Shown piece by piece: positions 8,381 to 17,581 of a stretch of DNA of 64,000 nt. Source of the stretch: a virus. Its lineage: Duplodnaviria; Heunggongvirae; Uroviricota; Caudoviricetes; Herelleviridae. Under the pieces are notes generated by a model. The model saw only the letters and a list, made by a program, of their open reading frames with translations, had not been told where the DNA came from and ran no database searches. The position numbers and the translations under genes are program-made. Where the stretch lies: the IMG/VR virus record IMGVR_UViG_2706795655_000001. The stretch is one strand, 5' to 3'. How positions within the stretch are numbered: position 1 is the stretch's first letter; the number at the start of each line of letters is the position of its first letter.

Positions 8381-8991
8381 TATTTCCCTTCCTCCCCATT
8401 CAATTGTTTACCCATAGCAAGTAGCATGTTTCTAAATACTGGTAAATCACCTCGATTGTCATACCCCATAGAATATGTGAAGATACGAGACTTGCCTAAA
8501 TTATGTGCCTGATACTGTCGGTATGCTTTTGCTTTATCTAATATTAAGAAGAACGCTACGTCTTCCCACTCTTTTGTTTCGAATGCAATATGTAATGTAC
8601 CAATTCCGTATGCTTTGCAATATGCCTCTTCGTCTGCGATAAATACCTCATCTCCGTTAATGTCCATCATTACGGTGTTTTCAACTTCTCCATACGGATA
8701 GATTGTAATTTCGCATTCCTCTCCATTACCCTCGTAGTAATCCTCGACTAGTTCCTCTGGTGTTTCGAACCACACTTCGTAGTCATCGTCCCATGTGTAC
8801 CGCATATCTTCACCATCATAGTAGTCTAATAGCTCGTCCACAAAAGGAATAAATCCTTTTCTCTCTCTTTGTACTACATGGAGTGCATCACATGTATAAC
8901 GATTATCCTCTGCTCCTTCATGGTGTTTACTATTAAACTCTTTTAACAACTCAATCTGCTTGTCCGTAAGTTCGAAAGTGATTTTAGTCAT
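8380..8991 (-). CDS. Hypothetical protein (start MTKITFEL...)
   Basis: GGAGGG RBS before 8991. Confidence 0.8.
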   Translation of the reverse strand: MTKITFELTDKQIELLKEFNSKHHEGAEDNRYTCDALHVVQRERKGFIPFVDELLDYYDGEDMRYTWDDDYEVWFETPEELVEDYYEGNGEECEITIYPYGEVENTVMMDINGDEVFIADEEAYCKAYGIGTLHIAFETKEWEDVAFFLILDKAKAYRQYQAHNLGKSRIFTYSMGYDNRGDLPVFRNMLLAMGKQLNGEEGK

Positions 8992-9295
8992 TCCAGATTC
9001 CCTCCTCGTCATCTAAAAGTTCCGCATCAGAGTCATCAAGGATAATTCCGTAAATTCCCGCTTGCTTAACGAAATCCTCCCAAGAACAGCAACCAGCCCA
9101 TTCATCTCCGTATTTAACATCCATCAGTTCTTTTCCATTTAATTCGATACTCATCCATCCATATCTATATCTGCAATATAAGTAATCCCCGTCGTCTGTC
9201 TTACCTTCGAATTGCGTAGGGCAAGCGTAGCATGTCTGTGATATTTTTTCTAACTTTACGTATCTTTTAAGTTGAGTAAACCTTATCGTCGTCAT
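8984..9295 (-). CDS. Hypothetical protein with CxxC (QTCYACPTQFEG)
   Basis: ORF tiling; N-terminus weakly resembles the MTRH tag. Confidence 0.75.
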   Translation of the reverse strand: MTTIRFTQLKRYVKLEKISQTCYACPTQFEGKTDDGDYLYCRYRYGWMSIELNGKELMDVKYGDEWAGCCSWEDFVKQAGIYGIILDDSDAELLDDEEGIWND

Positions 9296-9561
9296 TATAG
9301 TTCCCCTTCCCTATTTAAAATCTTCTCTACAGCGTTGTCAATCGCTTCTAGTAAATCTTCTACACTTTTAGCTTCACTTTCTCGTAAGTCCTTATGTAAT
9401 AATGCAACTAAAGCTTTTGAAACGTTAGCGTAGTACCCAACCACTTTATAATCGTAACCTACAACCTCATTCTTCTTATTCTTCTTTTCGTACTTCTCAT
9501 TGATGATAACGTTCATCGGGTCTGACGTAAGCTTGTACTTTTCTCCTACATAAATTTCCAT
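9295..9561 (-). CDS. Hypothetical phage protein (DUF5405-like by recollection)
   Basis: YKLTSD..N.IINEK pattern; AAGGAGGAGATAA RBS. Confidence 0.7.
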   Translation of the reverse strand: MEIYVGEKYKLTSDPMNVIINEKYEKKNKKNEVVGYDYKVVGYYANVSKALVALLHKDLRESEAKSVEDLLEAIDNAVEKILNREGEL

Positions 9562-9583
9562 TTGTTATCTCCTCCTTGATTTA

Positions 9584-9612
9584 ATATTACTACATTATTT
9601 ACTAAAAGTAAA
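9584..9612 (-). promoter_or_regulatory. Early promoter TTTACT-17-TAATAT
   Basis: Family member. Confidence 0.7.
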
Positions 9613-9630
9613 CAACTTTCTTTAAAAATT

Positions 9631-10131
9631 TTAATCCACTTTTTTGTACACTCTAAATCGAAATTTAGCTCCCATTTCTTCTATACCAGCTTTCGTTGCT
9701 GTTCTCTTATAGAAACGCTTATAAATATTTTTGTCGAACTCCGGAAAAAAGGAATCCGCATCATACTCTTTGTCGATTTCCGTTATGTATAATCTATTAG
9801 CCATCGGCATAAACTGTTTGTAAATAGAATCTCCACCGATTACCATTAGCTCTTTCTCGTCCTTGAAGTCGTTTAGTACTTCATGAATATTATGATATAT
9901 GCGTACATCCTTGTGTAGCGGCTTAAAATCTTTGTTTCTAGTAAGTACAATGTTAATCCTACCCGGTAAGAACTTCCCAATAGATAGGTGTGTCTTACTT
10001 CCCATAATTACAGGCTTACCCATCGTCTTTTCTTTAAACCAATTAAAGTCTTCTTTGCTTTTCCATAGCATCTGATTGTCTTTACCAATCTCCCTATTCT
10101 TACCATGTGCAGCTATTAGTGATATAATCAA
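9631..10131 (-). CDS. dfr: Dihydrofolate reductase
   Basis: IAAHGKNREIGKDNQMLW, VIMGSKT, LPGRINIVLTR, VIGGDSIY, YITEID motifs. Confidence 0.97.
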   Translation of the reverse strand: MIISLIAAHGKNREIGKDNQMLWKSKEDFNWFKEKTMGKPVIMGSKTHLSIGKFLPGRINIVLTRNKDFKPLHKDVRIYHNIHEVLNDFKDEKELMVIGGDSIYKQFMPMANRLYITEIDKEYDADSFFPEFDKNIYKRFYKRTATKAGIEEMGAKFRFRVYKKVD

Positions 10132-10158
10132 TCTTTCATCTCCCCTTTCGATAGTTTT

Positions 10159-10187
10159 ATAATACTAGCATATTTTCGAAAAGTCAA
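10159..10187 (-). promoter_or_regulatory. Early promoter TTGACT-17-TATTAT driving dfr
   Basis: Consensus spacing; follows a terminator at about 10190-10217. Confidence 0.75.
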
Positions 10188-10205
10188 TAAAAAAAGACTA
10201 CTTTT

Positions 10206-10574
10206 TTAGTAGTCTCCAGAAATAATAAATCCTTCGAAACGGCTTTTGTAAACTGAGCTTTCTGCAATGAACTCCGAGAAGATTCGAAGCGCTGCATGAT
10301 ACGTTTCTTCTTCCATTTCTTCATCAATTACTAGAGCGAATGTAACGTCCTCATCATCCGTGTAAACGTAGTAGTTTAAATCGTCCGCTTCTAGTTCACC
10401 GTTTTCGTAAGCGTGTTCCCACTCATTGAACTGTTCGATATTGATGTAATCCTTGCCTCTAGCCCAGAACATAAAACTAGCTGGATTTACATAAGAACCG
10501 AATCTGTCGAAGAAGCTTTCTCCTACTTCATGTTCGAAATCAATAATCGCGTGAAATACTTCGTGTTTATTCAT
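10206..10574 (-). CDS. Hypothetical acidic protein, 122 aa
   Basis: ORF; GGGAG RBS. Confidence 0.75.
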   Translation of the reverse strand: MNKHEVFHAIIDFEHEVGESFFDRFGSYVNPASFMFWARGKDYINIEQFNEWEHAYENGELEADDLNYYVYTDDEDVTFALVIDEEMEEETYHAALRIFSEFIAESSVYKSRFEGFIISGDY

Positions 10575-10719
10575 TATTTTTAGCTCCCATCATTTGATTG
10601 ATTGCATACATAGCTCCTAAAAAGCTCAATACGCCAGCTACGTTATTACCCGTACCAAACATACCAAAACCAATAAAGGTAAGTCCTACTCCGTAAAGAG
10701 CATTAACCATAGCTCTCAT
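10567..10719 (-). CDS. Small Gly-rich membrane protein, 50 aa
   Basis: Translated by hand (MRAMVNALYGVGLTFIGFGMFG...); GGAGG RBS; fills the gap. Confidence 0.65.
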   Translation of the reverse strand: MRAMVNALYGVGLTFIGFGMFGTGNNVAGVLSFLGAMYAINQMMGAKNNE

Positions 10720-10928
10720 TATTCCGCCTCCTTGAAATACACAATGTCATCATACTTAATGTACGTATCATCAATTACAATGAAGTCACCGAATCTCCAT
10801 GTTCCATTGGCATGTGTTGAACCAATAACATTTGCCATGACTAGTGCCTCATGAAAACTATCCATTGTCGTTTGCTGTACTGTGACAGTTAAACATGCGT
10901 TGTTTTTTAGGAATAGGTTGACTTTCAT
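10719..10928 (-). CDS. Hypothetical protein, 69 aa
   Basis: ORF tiling. Confidence 0.7.
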   Translation of the reverse strand: MKVNLFLKNNACLTVTVQQTTMDSFHEALVMANVIGSTHANGTWRFGDFIVIDDTYIKYDDIVYFKEAE

Positions 10929-10930
10929 CC

Positions 10931-11197
10931 TTAGTCCTCCACTACAAAAAAGTCTGTATTTTCTGCATGGTCTAAATCTACAATCTCTTGCTCGTATAAG
11001 AAACTGATAAAGCTCTTATCGACGCCTACAAATTCATATAATTCGACGTGGATTTCATCGTCACCATAGTCGTCCGGCTTATCGATTTTCGTAACACCCT
11101 TAACTAACATTTCGTTATAAACTGATTTCGGGTCGTAATTGTCGTTAAAATATCTCGCTGCTCCGTCTCCATCACCATAAACTAATAATACTTTCAT
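10931..11197 (-). CDS. Hypothetical protein, 88 aa
   Basis: AAGGAGG RBS. Confidence 0.75.
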   Translation of the reverse strand: MKVLLVYGDGDGAARYFNDNYDPKSVYNEMLVKGVTKIDKPDDYGDDEIHVELYEFVGVDKSFISFLYEQEIVDLDHAENTDFFVVED

Positions 11198-11788
11198 TTA
11201 ATTTTCCTCCTTGTATACTTTTGCATAAATATCCAGCATAACTGCATCTATTGTTCTATGTAAATCTTTAATGGTACCGTCATTCACAATGTCGTAATGT
11301 ACTTCTTCATTCATAAGAGTAACTTCTGTTTCATGTAATAAGTCCTCTTCTTTAAAGTCATCACCAGCTTCTAGCGAACGTTGAATTTGAAGTTCCTTAG
11401 GCGCTGATACGCGAATGATAAAGTAACCTTCCTCTCTTAACCTCTGGAACTCATTAGGCTGTCGTACCCCTGTGATAAGTGGTCTGAAATAGAAAGTGTC
11501 ATCATGTATAATACTTCTACACTCTTCTAGGTGTGTTTCTGTTTCTACCCTATAGAAACACTTGTCCACCCAGTGATTCTCTCCATGTACGTATCTCATA
11601 AGTTGTCCGTACAACTGATACCCCTTGCGTGGTTTAGGTTCACGTAGGATATGCTTAAATTCTAAGTGAAAATCGTCTTTCAACGCATCCGAGAAATCGA
11701 AAGGTGAACAGTCGAACTTGTCCACCAGATAATTTTCCGCTTCCGTCTTCCCGACACGTAACCCTCCAGCTAGTGCCAGTTTAATCAT
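11198..11788 (-). CDS. Deoxynucleoside monophosphate kinase-like P-loop protein
   Basis: AGGLRVGKT Walker A; FSDALK; ITGVRQPNE; next to thyA. Confidence 0.8.
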   Translation of the reverse strand: MIKLALAGGLRVGKTEAENYLVDKFDCSPFDFSDALKDDFHLEFKHILREPKPRKGYQLYGQLMRYVHGENHWVDKCFYRVETETHLEECRSIIHDDTFYFRPLITGVRQPNEFQRLREEGYFIIRVSAPKELQIQRSLEAGDDFKEEDLLHETEVTLMNEEVHYDIVNDGTIKDLHRTIDAVMLDIYAKVYKEEN

Positions 11789-12669
11789 TTAGTTTCCTCC
11801 TTTAGACCTACAGATACAGGAGCCTTAATCGCCTTATGCGGGTTGTATCCAACAATCTCGAAATCTGATAACTCGTAATCTTCTAAATTATCCTTCTTAT
11901 TCTTGATTACTAGTTTAGGAAGCTCTCGTGGCTCGTTTAAAATCTGTTCTTTCGCCTGTTCAATATGATTAAGATATAAATGGACATCTCCGCCATTGTA
12001 AATTAATTCTCCTACTTCTAGACCGCATTCTAAAGCTATTAAGTGTAACAACAACCCATAACTAGCGATATTGAATGCCAAACCGAGGAAGCTGTCATTC
12101 GAACGCATGAAGAATTTTAAATCTAGTTTACCATTATTATGTACGTATAATTGGAATGCATTGTGGCAACAAGGTAATACAGCTTGTTTGAACTCTGTTG
12201 GATGCCAAGCAGTAACATATAATCTACGAGATGTAGGGTTTTTCTTAATCTCTTTAATTACCTCTTTCACTTGGTTATACCCTTCATGATTCCAATTTGT
12301 CCACTGATGTCCGTATATGTTACCTAAATCAAAACCATACAACTTAACATTTTCGATAAATTCTTCTTCGGTATGCTGACCACCTAACTGCTTGTACCAT
12401 CTGTATCCGTCCGGAGTCCAAATGTTTACATTTTTATCGATTAATGTTTTTAAATCTGTATCCCCTTTTAGGAACCATAGCAGCTCTTCTGCTACTAACC
12501 GAAAAGGAACTCTTTTAGTTGTTAGTAACGGAAATCCTTCTGACATATCGAATTTCATCGTGTAATCGAAAATACTTAACGTCCCTGTTCCTGTTCTATC
12601 ACTTCTAATTTCGCCATGCTTAATTATGTATTCATATAAATCTAAAACCTGTCTATCTACATTATTCAT
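11785..12669 (-). CDS. thyA: Thymidylate synthase
   Basis: DRTGTGT, FPLLTTK, LGNIYGHQW, LPCCH catalytic Cys, RSNDSFLGLAFN, DVHLY. Confidence 0.97.
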   Translation of the reverse strand: MNNVDRQVLDLYEYIIKHGEIRSDRTGTGTLSIFDYTMKFDMSEGFPLLTTKRVPFRLVAEELLWFLKGDTDLKTLIDKNVNIWTPDGYRWYKQLGGQHTEEEFIENVKLYGFDLGNIYGHQWTNWNHEGYNQVKEVIKEIKKNPTSRRLYVTAWHPTEFKQAVLPCCHNAFQLYVHNNGKLDLKFFMRSNDSFLGLAFNIASYGLLLHLIALECGLEVGELIYNGGDVHLYLNHIEQAKEQILNEPRELPKLVIKNKKDNLEDYELSDFEIVGYNPHKAIKAPVSVGLKEETK

Positions 12670-12675
12670 TATGTA

Positions 12676-12912
12676 TTAATCTCCTCTTCTCATTGCGTGT
12701 GTATCTTGGAACTCTTTAATCCATGCCGGGACTCCAGCATCATCTCGAAGTTCTAAGTGTCCTGTTGTTTCTTTACATTTAGGACAGTACATATGTTTTA
12801 AGTGCTGCTTTTTCTTCATTTTACTACGTTTTCTCCACAGCATTGTTACATTGCCACACACCTCGCATTCTAAATGAGTAGAGGCTGTGACCGTTTTAGC
12901 ACCAACAGCCAT
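12676..12912 (-). CDS. bL33 (RpmG)-like zinc-ribbon protein, 78 aa
   Basis: CxxC-x23-YCxxC..T.H.E spacing as in zinc-binding L33; AAGGAGGT RBS before the ATG at 12912. Confidence 0.6.
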   Translation of the reverse strand: MAVGAKTVTASTHLECEVCGNVTMLWRKRSKMKKKQHLKHMYCPKCKETTGHLELRDDAGVPAWIKEFQDTHAMRRGD

Positions 12913-12937
12913 ATCTTTCACCTCCTTCTTGTAACCT

Positions 12938-12966
12938 ATTATACTATGTTGTTTACTTAAAGTCAA
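12938..12966 (-). promoter_or_regulatory. Early promoter TTGACT-17-TATAAT heading the L33-like/thyA/kinase operon
   Basis: Near-perfect sigmaA consensus overlapping the upstream stop. Confidence 0.85.
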
Positions 12967-14381
12967 GCACTTTTATATTCTAATTCGTGTTTCTTAGCGA
13001 ATCTAGTAAGTGCTGCTTTTTCTTTTTCTGTAGCTACTCTATTGGCGAATCCTCTAGCTTGTACAATTCTATTCCCACGAATCTCTACAGTTACTAACGG
13101 CTTGTCCAATTCTTCATTGTCTCGTAGGAAAACAATAATCGTATCGCCCTTCGCTACCTTAGGTGCGTATGAAGCTACACAGTGATGTTGAGCATTACCT
13201 TCTGTAGCAATGTCTTTCATTTCTTTTGGAACTAATACACTGTATCCTTTCATCTTAGTCTCATATTTTTGGAAATATTCTTTCTGTTCATCGAATCGTT
13301 TCTTCGTCACTACATCTTCTACCAACTTATAATTTCTTGATGTAATATCATGACACAATTTAAGGGAGCGTGGATACTTGTCGAAGTCCTCATGTTCCAG
13401 TAATAAGCTTGTCTCGTAGTAGTCTTTATACTGACCTACCGCTTCACCAAACTCCATACCTTGCGTGACTAGGGCGCCGAACAATAAATATTCTACTAAT
13501 CTATGTACGTTTTTAACATTGTTTCTAGGTCTTAACACAAATCCCCAGAACATATACCCTTTGTAATGTCTTATGTCGTTCTTATTACACTTAATTATTT
13601 CTAAATAATCACTTACATCCGAATGACGAGTAAATTCTCTTAATCTGTTCTCTAGGTTGTACTCGACTTCCAGCTCTTTTATGTAAGCGACAACACCTCT
13701 ATATGTATCTAAATCTCTTTGCGTGGCATGCACTATGTTATGTACTGCGTTCATAAAATCGTCAGTATCCGTTGTATACTCGTTTAGAAACTTCAACTGC
13801 GATTTCGTTACACCGAAAATCTGATGTAACTTTGTCTTACCCTCTTCCATACTCGCGTTGTATACTTTATTTCTAAAAGCAGAGTTAGACATAGCTCCTA
13901 TATCGATACCGGACTTGTAAATTAACTCCAATTTATTGTAGCTAGTCATGAGTCGGATAAGCGCCCGGGATGACATGTTAACTACTTCTTCTCCTAAAGA
14001 CCCAATTACACTTACCATCTTCTCGTACATGCCCTCATTCTCTTCTACAGACACCATATCAAAGAAAATCTTTTTGTTCTCGCTACTGTAAAAATCATGG
14101 TGATACCAACCGTCTTTAGGTCGAGGAATCACTAAATCTAAATTATGTATATTGAACTTTACTTCTCTACCATTTCTTTTTATGTAATATTTCTTGTACC
14201 GTAAATCGTACAACATTTCCGTTAAAACTAGGTTTCCATTGTCGTTTGTGTACGTCGCATAGAAATGAAAGGAATATCCTGTCTTCTCAACCATATAATA
14301 GTTTACATGACCGATAGTTTGTGTTAGCTCCAATTCCCCATTTTTAATCTGGTCTAGCACTTCGTTTTTCTCTTTGCTCAC
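12963..14381 (-). CDS. PcfJ-like domain protein, 472 aa
   Basis: C-terminal EGNAQHHCVASY...IIVFLRD...PLVTVEI...IVQARGFANR. Confidence 0.8.
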   Translation of the reverse strand: MSKEKNEVLDQIKNGELELTQTIGHVNYYMVEKTGYSFHFYATYTNDNGNLVLTEMLYDLRYKKYYIKRNGREVKFNIHNLDLVIPRPKDGWYHHDFYSSENKKIFFDMVSVEENEGMYEKMVSVIGSLGEEVVNMSSRALIRLMTSYNKLELIYKSGIDIGAMSNSAFRNKVYNASMEEGKTKLHQIFGVTKSQLKFLNEYTTDTDDFMNAVHNIVHATQRDLDTYRGVVAYIKELEVEYNLENRLREFTRHSDVSDYLEIIKCNKNDIRHYKGYMFWGFVLRPRNNVKNVHRLVEYLLFGALVTQGMEFGEAVGQYKDYYETSLLLEHEDFDKYPRSLKLCHDITSRNYKLVEDVVTKKRFDEQKEYFQKYETKMKGYSVLVPKEMKDIATEGNAQHHCVASYAPKVAKGDTIIVFLRDNEELDKPLVTVEIRGNRIVQARGFANRVATEKEKAALTRFAKKHELEYKSA

Positions 14382-14425
14382 TTTATTCCTCCTCTTGTTA
14401 TTTACTAAATGTTAACTACAAATCT

Positions 14426-14454
14426 ATCATATCACAATAAAAAAAGAGAGTCAA
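14426..14454 (-). promoter_or_regulatory. Early promoter TTGACT-17-TATGAT overlapping a terminator hairpin
   Basis: -35 lies inside the GAGAGTC/GACTCTC stem. Confidence 0.7.
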
Positions 14455-14473
14455 TAGACTCTCCTTAAAATTA

Positions 14474-15373
14474 CTAATTATTTTTAACGTATAAGTGATA
14501 GTTCCAAGCAGACATTAACCCACGGTCTGTCAATTTATTAACCTCATCTCTATCCGCTTCAATTACATGGATAAGATAGATTCTGATTAACGCGTAGTCA
14601 TCTTCTGTTAGTTCACTAGTAGAAGAACCTAGCTTTTCATTTCCGAAGTAGTTTCCAATCACTCGTTCTAGTTCGTCAATATCGCTAGAGATGTAAGATA
14701 GAATTTCATCTACTTCTGAATGAACATTGTCTTCTTCCATATTTTCGTATTGGCATTGGAAGCAGTTACAAGCCTCGTCCTCTTCCTCATCTCCGTACTG
14801 GTAACTCTCTTCTTCCTCTTCTTCGTTGTCGTCATCTTCTTCGCGCTCTTCGTAATCATCTTCGCTTTCCTCATACTCTGAGCCTGAGTAGTCGTGATGT
14901 TTCTCTTCTTCCTTGAAGTAGAATGATAGGTCGTCCCCTTCGATATCGATAGTAATCGTACCGTTTTTAACTGTTAACTTAAACTTAGCAACAGCGCCAT
15001 TCTTAAGTCCACCAGCTAACGAGTAGCCGCCACCTTTAGATTTCAGTACATTGATTGACTCAACTAACATCGGGCGGTATACGTCGAATAACTCACCTTT
15101 GTAATCGAAGTAATCCATAACCTCATCGATAAATTCATCGAATGTTTGCTTGCGTTCCTCTTCCTCTACTACTTCTACCTGTTCGCTCTTCGGAATAGCT
15201 GTGTCGAAAGCTTCGTTTAAGTTAAATGCGATAGTACTGAATCGGTCACGCACTCGCTCTTTACCTTCTGTTGTTTCAATATCTAGTCCGCAAGCTAACT
15301 CTTCTACTAATCCTGTAATTTTAGTTTGTGCAATTACCAATCGATTTACGAATAATTCTTTTTTGTTTGACAT
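14474..15373 (-). CDS. Highly acidic hypothetical protein, 299 aa
   Basis: Long D/E tract then CNCFQC; AGGAGG RBS. Confidence 0.8.
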   Translation of the reverse strand: MSNKKELFVNRLVIAQTKITGLVEELACGLDIETTEGKERVRDRFSTIAFNLNEAFDTAIPKSEQVEVVEEEERKQTFDEFIDEVMDYFDYKGELFDVYRPMLVESINVLKSKGGGYSLAGGLKNGAVAKFKLTVKNGTITIDIEGDDLSFYFKEEEKHHDYSGSEYEESEDDYEEREEDDDNEEEEEESYQYGDEEEDEACNCFQCQYENMEEDNVHSEVDEILSYISSDIDELERVIGNYFGNEKLGSSTSELTEDDYALIRIYLIHVIEADRDEVNKLTDRGLMSAWNYHLYVKNN

Positions 15374-15393
15374 ATTATATTTCCTCCTATTAT

Positions 15394-16110
15394 TTAAACC
15401 TCGTTTTTGTATGTACCTAACTTGTCCGCAAATGTAGAGAACTCACCGCGATAGTTTTTCGTTAACTCCGCGAACTCCACACCTTCGAACTCCCCACTTA
15501 ATCTACCTTGTTTGAAATGGTGAATCAGAGCTGAGAATCCAGAATCTTTTTGTTTAATATCAATCTGACCTGTATGACCAATCATTGCTATATAACAGCT
15601 ATCTGTGCAGCGCGTTAATGTTTTCTTGATTTCCTCTAGTGTTCCGTTCTGTATCTCATCCACAATAATACCTGCGTTTTCTATTGTTCTACCACGCAAG
15701 AATGTATGAGGTACGACTTTGAACTCGAAATCATTGAATGAACTTGTCATCAGTTCTAGATTTAAGTATTGCGGATTCACTCCAGCTTCCGTAAGCGCCT
15801 GATAAAATGGAACTGCGTACTCTCCTATCTTATCAGCAATACCTCCCGGTAAGTATCCTACCGAGCGTTCTTGTACTGGGAATACAACGTAATAAATTTT
15901 ATTTATGTACTCTTTCTTTTTTAAAGCGTTCATAGCCTGTGTTAATACAGTCGTTTTACCTGTACCCGCTTTCGCATTAGTTATAATACGTTTATGCTTG
16001 TACAATTTCTCGACCATATCTTCTTGCTCTCTATCTAATTTCTTTATGTATGGGAAATCCTTTTCGCTTAGTTTACTCAACGTAAGTCGTTCTTGCTTCG
16101 CCATAAACAT
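15394..16110 (-). CDS. phoH: PhoH-like ATPase
   Basis: AKAGTGKT, GYLPG, FLRGRTI, IIVDEIQN, GHTGQID motifs. Confidence 0.93.
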   Translation of the reverse strand: MFMAKQERLTLSKLSEKDFPYIKKLDREQEDMVEKLYKHKRIITNAKAGTGKTTVLTQAMNALKKKEYINKIYYVVFPVQERSVGYLPGGIADKIGEYAVPFYQALTEAGVNPQYLNLELMTSSFNDFEFKVVPHTFLRGRTIENAGIIVDEIQNGTLEEIKKTLTRCTDSCYIAMIGHTGQIDIKQKDSGFSALIHHFKQGRLSGEFEGVEFAELTKNYRGEFSTFADKLGTYKNEV

Positions 16111-16192
16111 TCTCCTTTAGATTTATTGAACTCCTTACTTTTATTATATCATATTCCCGTTTGTAGCGGTTCCTCCTCTCTCTTATACACTT

Positions 16193-16221
16193 ATAGTACA
16201 CTAGTAATTACAGAAAGTCAA
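16193..16221 (-). promoter_or_regulatory. Early promoter TTGACT-17-TACTAT
   Basis: Family member. Confidence 0.75.
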
Positions 16222-16245
16222 CAAGTAAAATAAAAAACTACTAAA

Positions 16246-16611
16246 TTAATTAGTAGTTTCTAGTTTTGCATTTATTAATGATAGAATAGCGTCGAAATCA
16301 GTGAACTTACTGAACCCGAACACAAATTCAAGTCCACCATGACCGCCCGCATTCATTTCTTCCACTGTAACCGGACAACCATATTCTTTATTTTTTCGAA
16401 TCGCACGAGCCAGTAAGATGAAGTCCGTTGTTTCTACGAAAGCTTCCTCAAGTGCAGCAGAAGGGATGAAAACGCTATGTTCCGATTTCACCGCTCCTAA
16501 TGTTTCACGCTTGCTATAACCAATGACTGCATCTCGTAAATACTCAATCAAATTACGAGGCGTTTCGTTCTTTTTAATGTCATCTGATAAGATAATCTCT
16601 TTCGGTTCCAT
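16246..16611 (-). CDS. Hypothetical protein, 121 aa
   Basis: GGAGGT RBS. Confidence 0.8.
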   Translation of the reverse strand: MEPKEIILSDDIKKNETPRNLIEYLRDAVIGYSKRETLGAVKSEHSVFIPSAALEEAFVETTDFILLARAIRKNKEYGCPVTVEEMNAGGHGGLEFVFGFSKFTDFDAILSLINAKLETTN

Positions 16612-16620
16612 GTTTACCTC

Positions 16621-17367
16621 CTACGCATTGTTAACAACTAATTGGATTTTTGCATCTTCCGTTTTACCTTGTTTCTTTTCCTCTTGGTCATCCGGGAAGT
16701 TATTTTCACACCATTCTTTGTAGTTCTCTTTCTTAACAAACGCAATGATGAACGCAATCTCTGAACCTTCTAATCCAGTATTGATAGATGACACACCTGT
16801 AGGTGGGTTTCCTGTACCGTCGTCTGTAATAACCATTACATCTGCGCCTAAATCCACTACATGACCTGCTCGTACATGCTCCGCAAATAAGTCACGTAAA
16901 ACTTTCATGTTAGCTCCGTAGTCGATACCTTTGCGGAATACTTCTTTATGTAATTCTGGGTCATCATGCCAATTACTTACAATTTGCATAAAGTGTGCTT
17001 CTCTTGATTCGTCCTGTGCCGGGTAATATGTGAACTGATAATCGTTAAATCGGTTCTTAGCTAATTTCGTTAGCGACGCGATAATCTCTGCGTAGTCTGT
17101 AATAGATGCCTTTCGTGATACTAAATCTGTTAAACTTAACTTATTTGTTGATACTTTTACTTCTGTCATTTTATTATCTCTCCTTAAATTGTCTTTTATT
17201 TCGCTTAAAGCGTTTAGCGCACCTTTTATAGATGCGGCGTAATCAGTATCTTCTCTATGCTCTTTCACGGATTTTTTAAAACCGAAAAATACAACTAGAG
17301 TATAGATGAACAATGCTACTATAATAGCTTTCACGAGTAGTATGTTGTATTCAACGGGCGGGTACAA
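16621..17367 (-). CDS. Hypothetical protein with N-terminal TM helix (TTG start about 17367) and a strong internal in-frame start at 17169
   Basis: Uninterrupted frame; AAGGAGAG RBS before MTEVKV. Confidence 0.7.
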   Translation of the reverse strand: MYPPVEYNILLVKAIIVALFIYTLVVFFGFKKSVKEHREDTDYAASIKGALNALSEIKDNLRRDNKMTEVKVSTNKLSLTDLVSRKASITDYAEIIASLTKLAKNRFNDYQFTYYPAQDESREAHFMQIVSNWHDDPELHKEVFRKGIDYGANMKVLRDLFAEHVRAGHVVDLGADVMVITDDGTGNPPTGVSSINTGLEGSEIAFIIAFVKKENYKEWCENNFPDDQEEKKQGKTEDAKIQLVVNNA

Positions 17368-17368
17368 C

Positions 17369-17581
17369 TCAACTTGTCCCTTTGAATGCACTCGACAGTT
17401 TATCGTAAATCAGCATAGCGACACCGATAGGTATGCAAATTATTAATAAAATTGCTGTGATACCCATTACGAATAAAGAAATCGTGATTGCTAGTATTAT
17501 TAATGAAGCTGTAAATATAATCTCTACTATCCATGTTAACACTTGGTATAGAAATAGAACTGCTAGGTCAAGTATGAACAT
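17369..17581 (-). CDS. Hydrophobic membrane protein, 70 aa
   Basis: Nearly all hydrophobic; GAGGTG RBS; late-type motif at 17642-17651. Confidence 0.7.
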   Translation of the reverse strand: MFILDLAVLFLYQVLTWIVEIIFTASLIILAITISLFVMGITAILLIICIPIGVAMLIYDKLSSAFKGTS

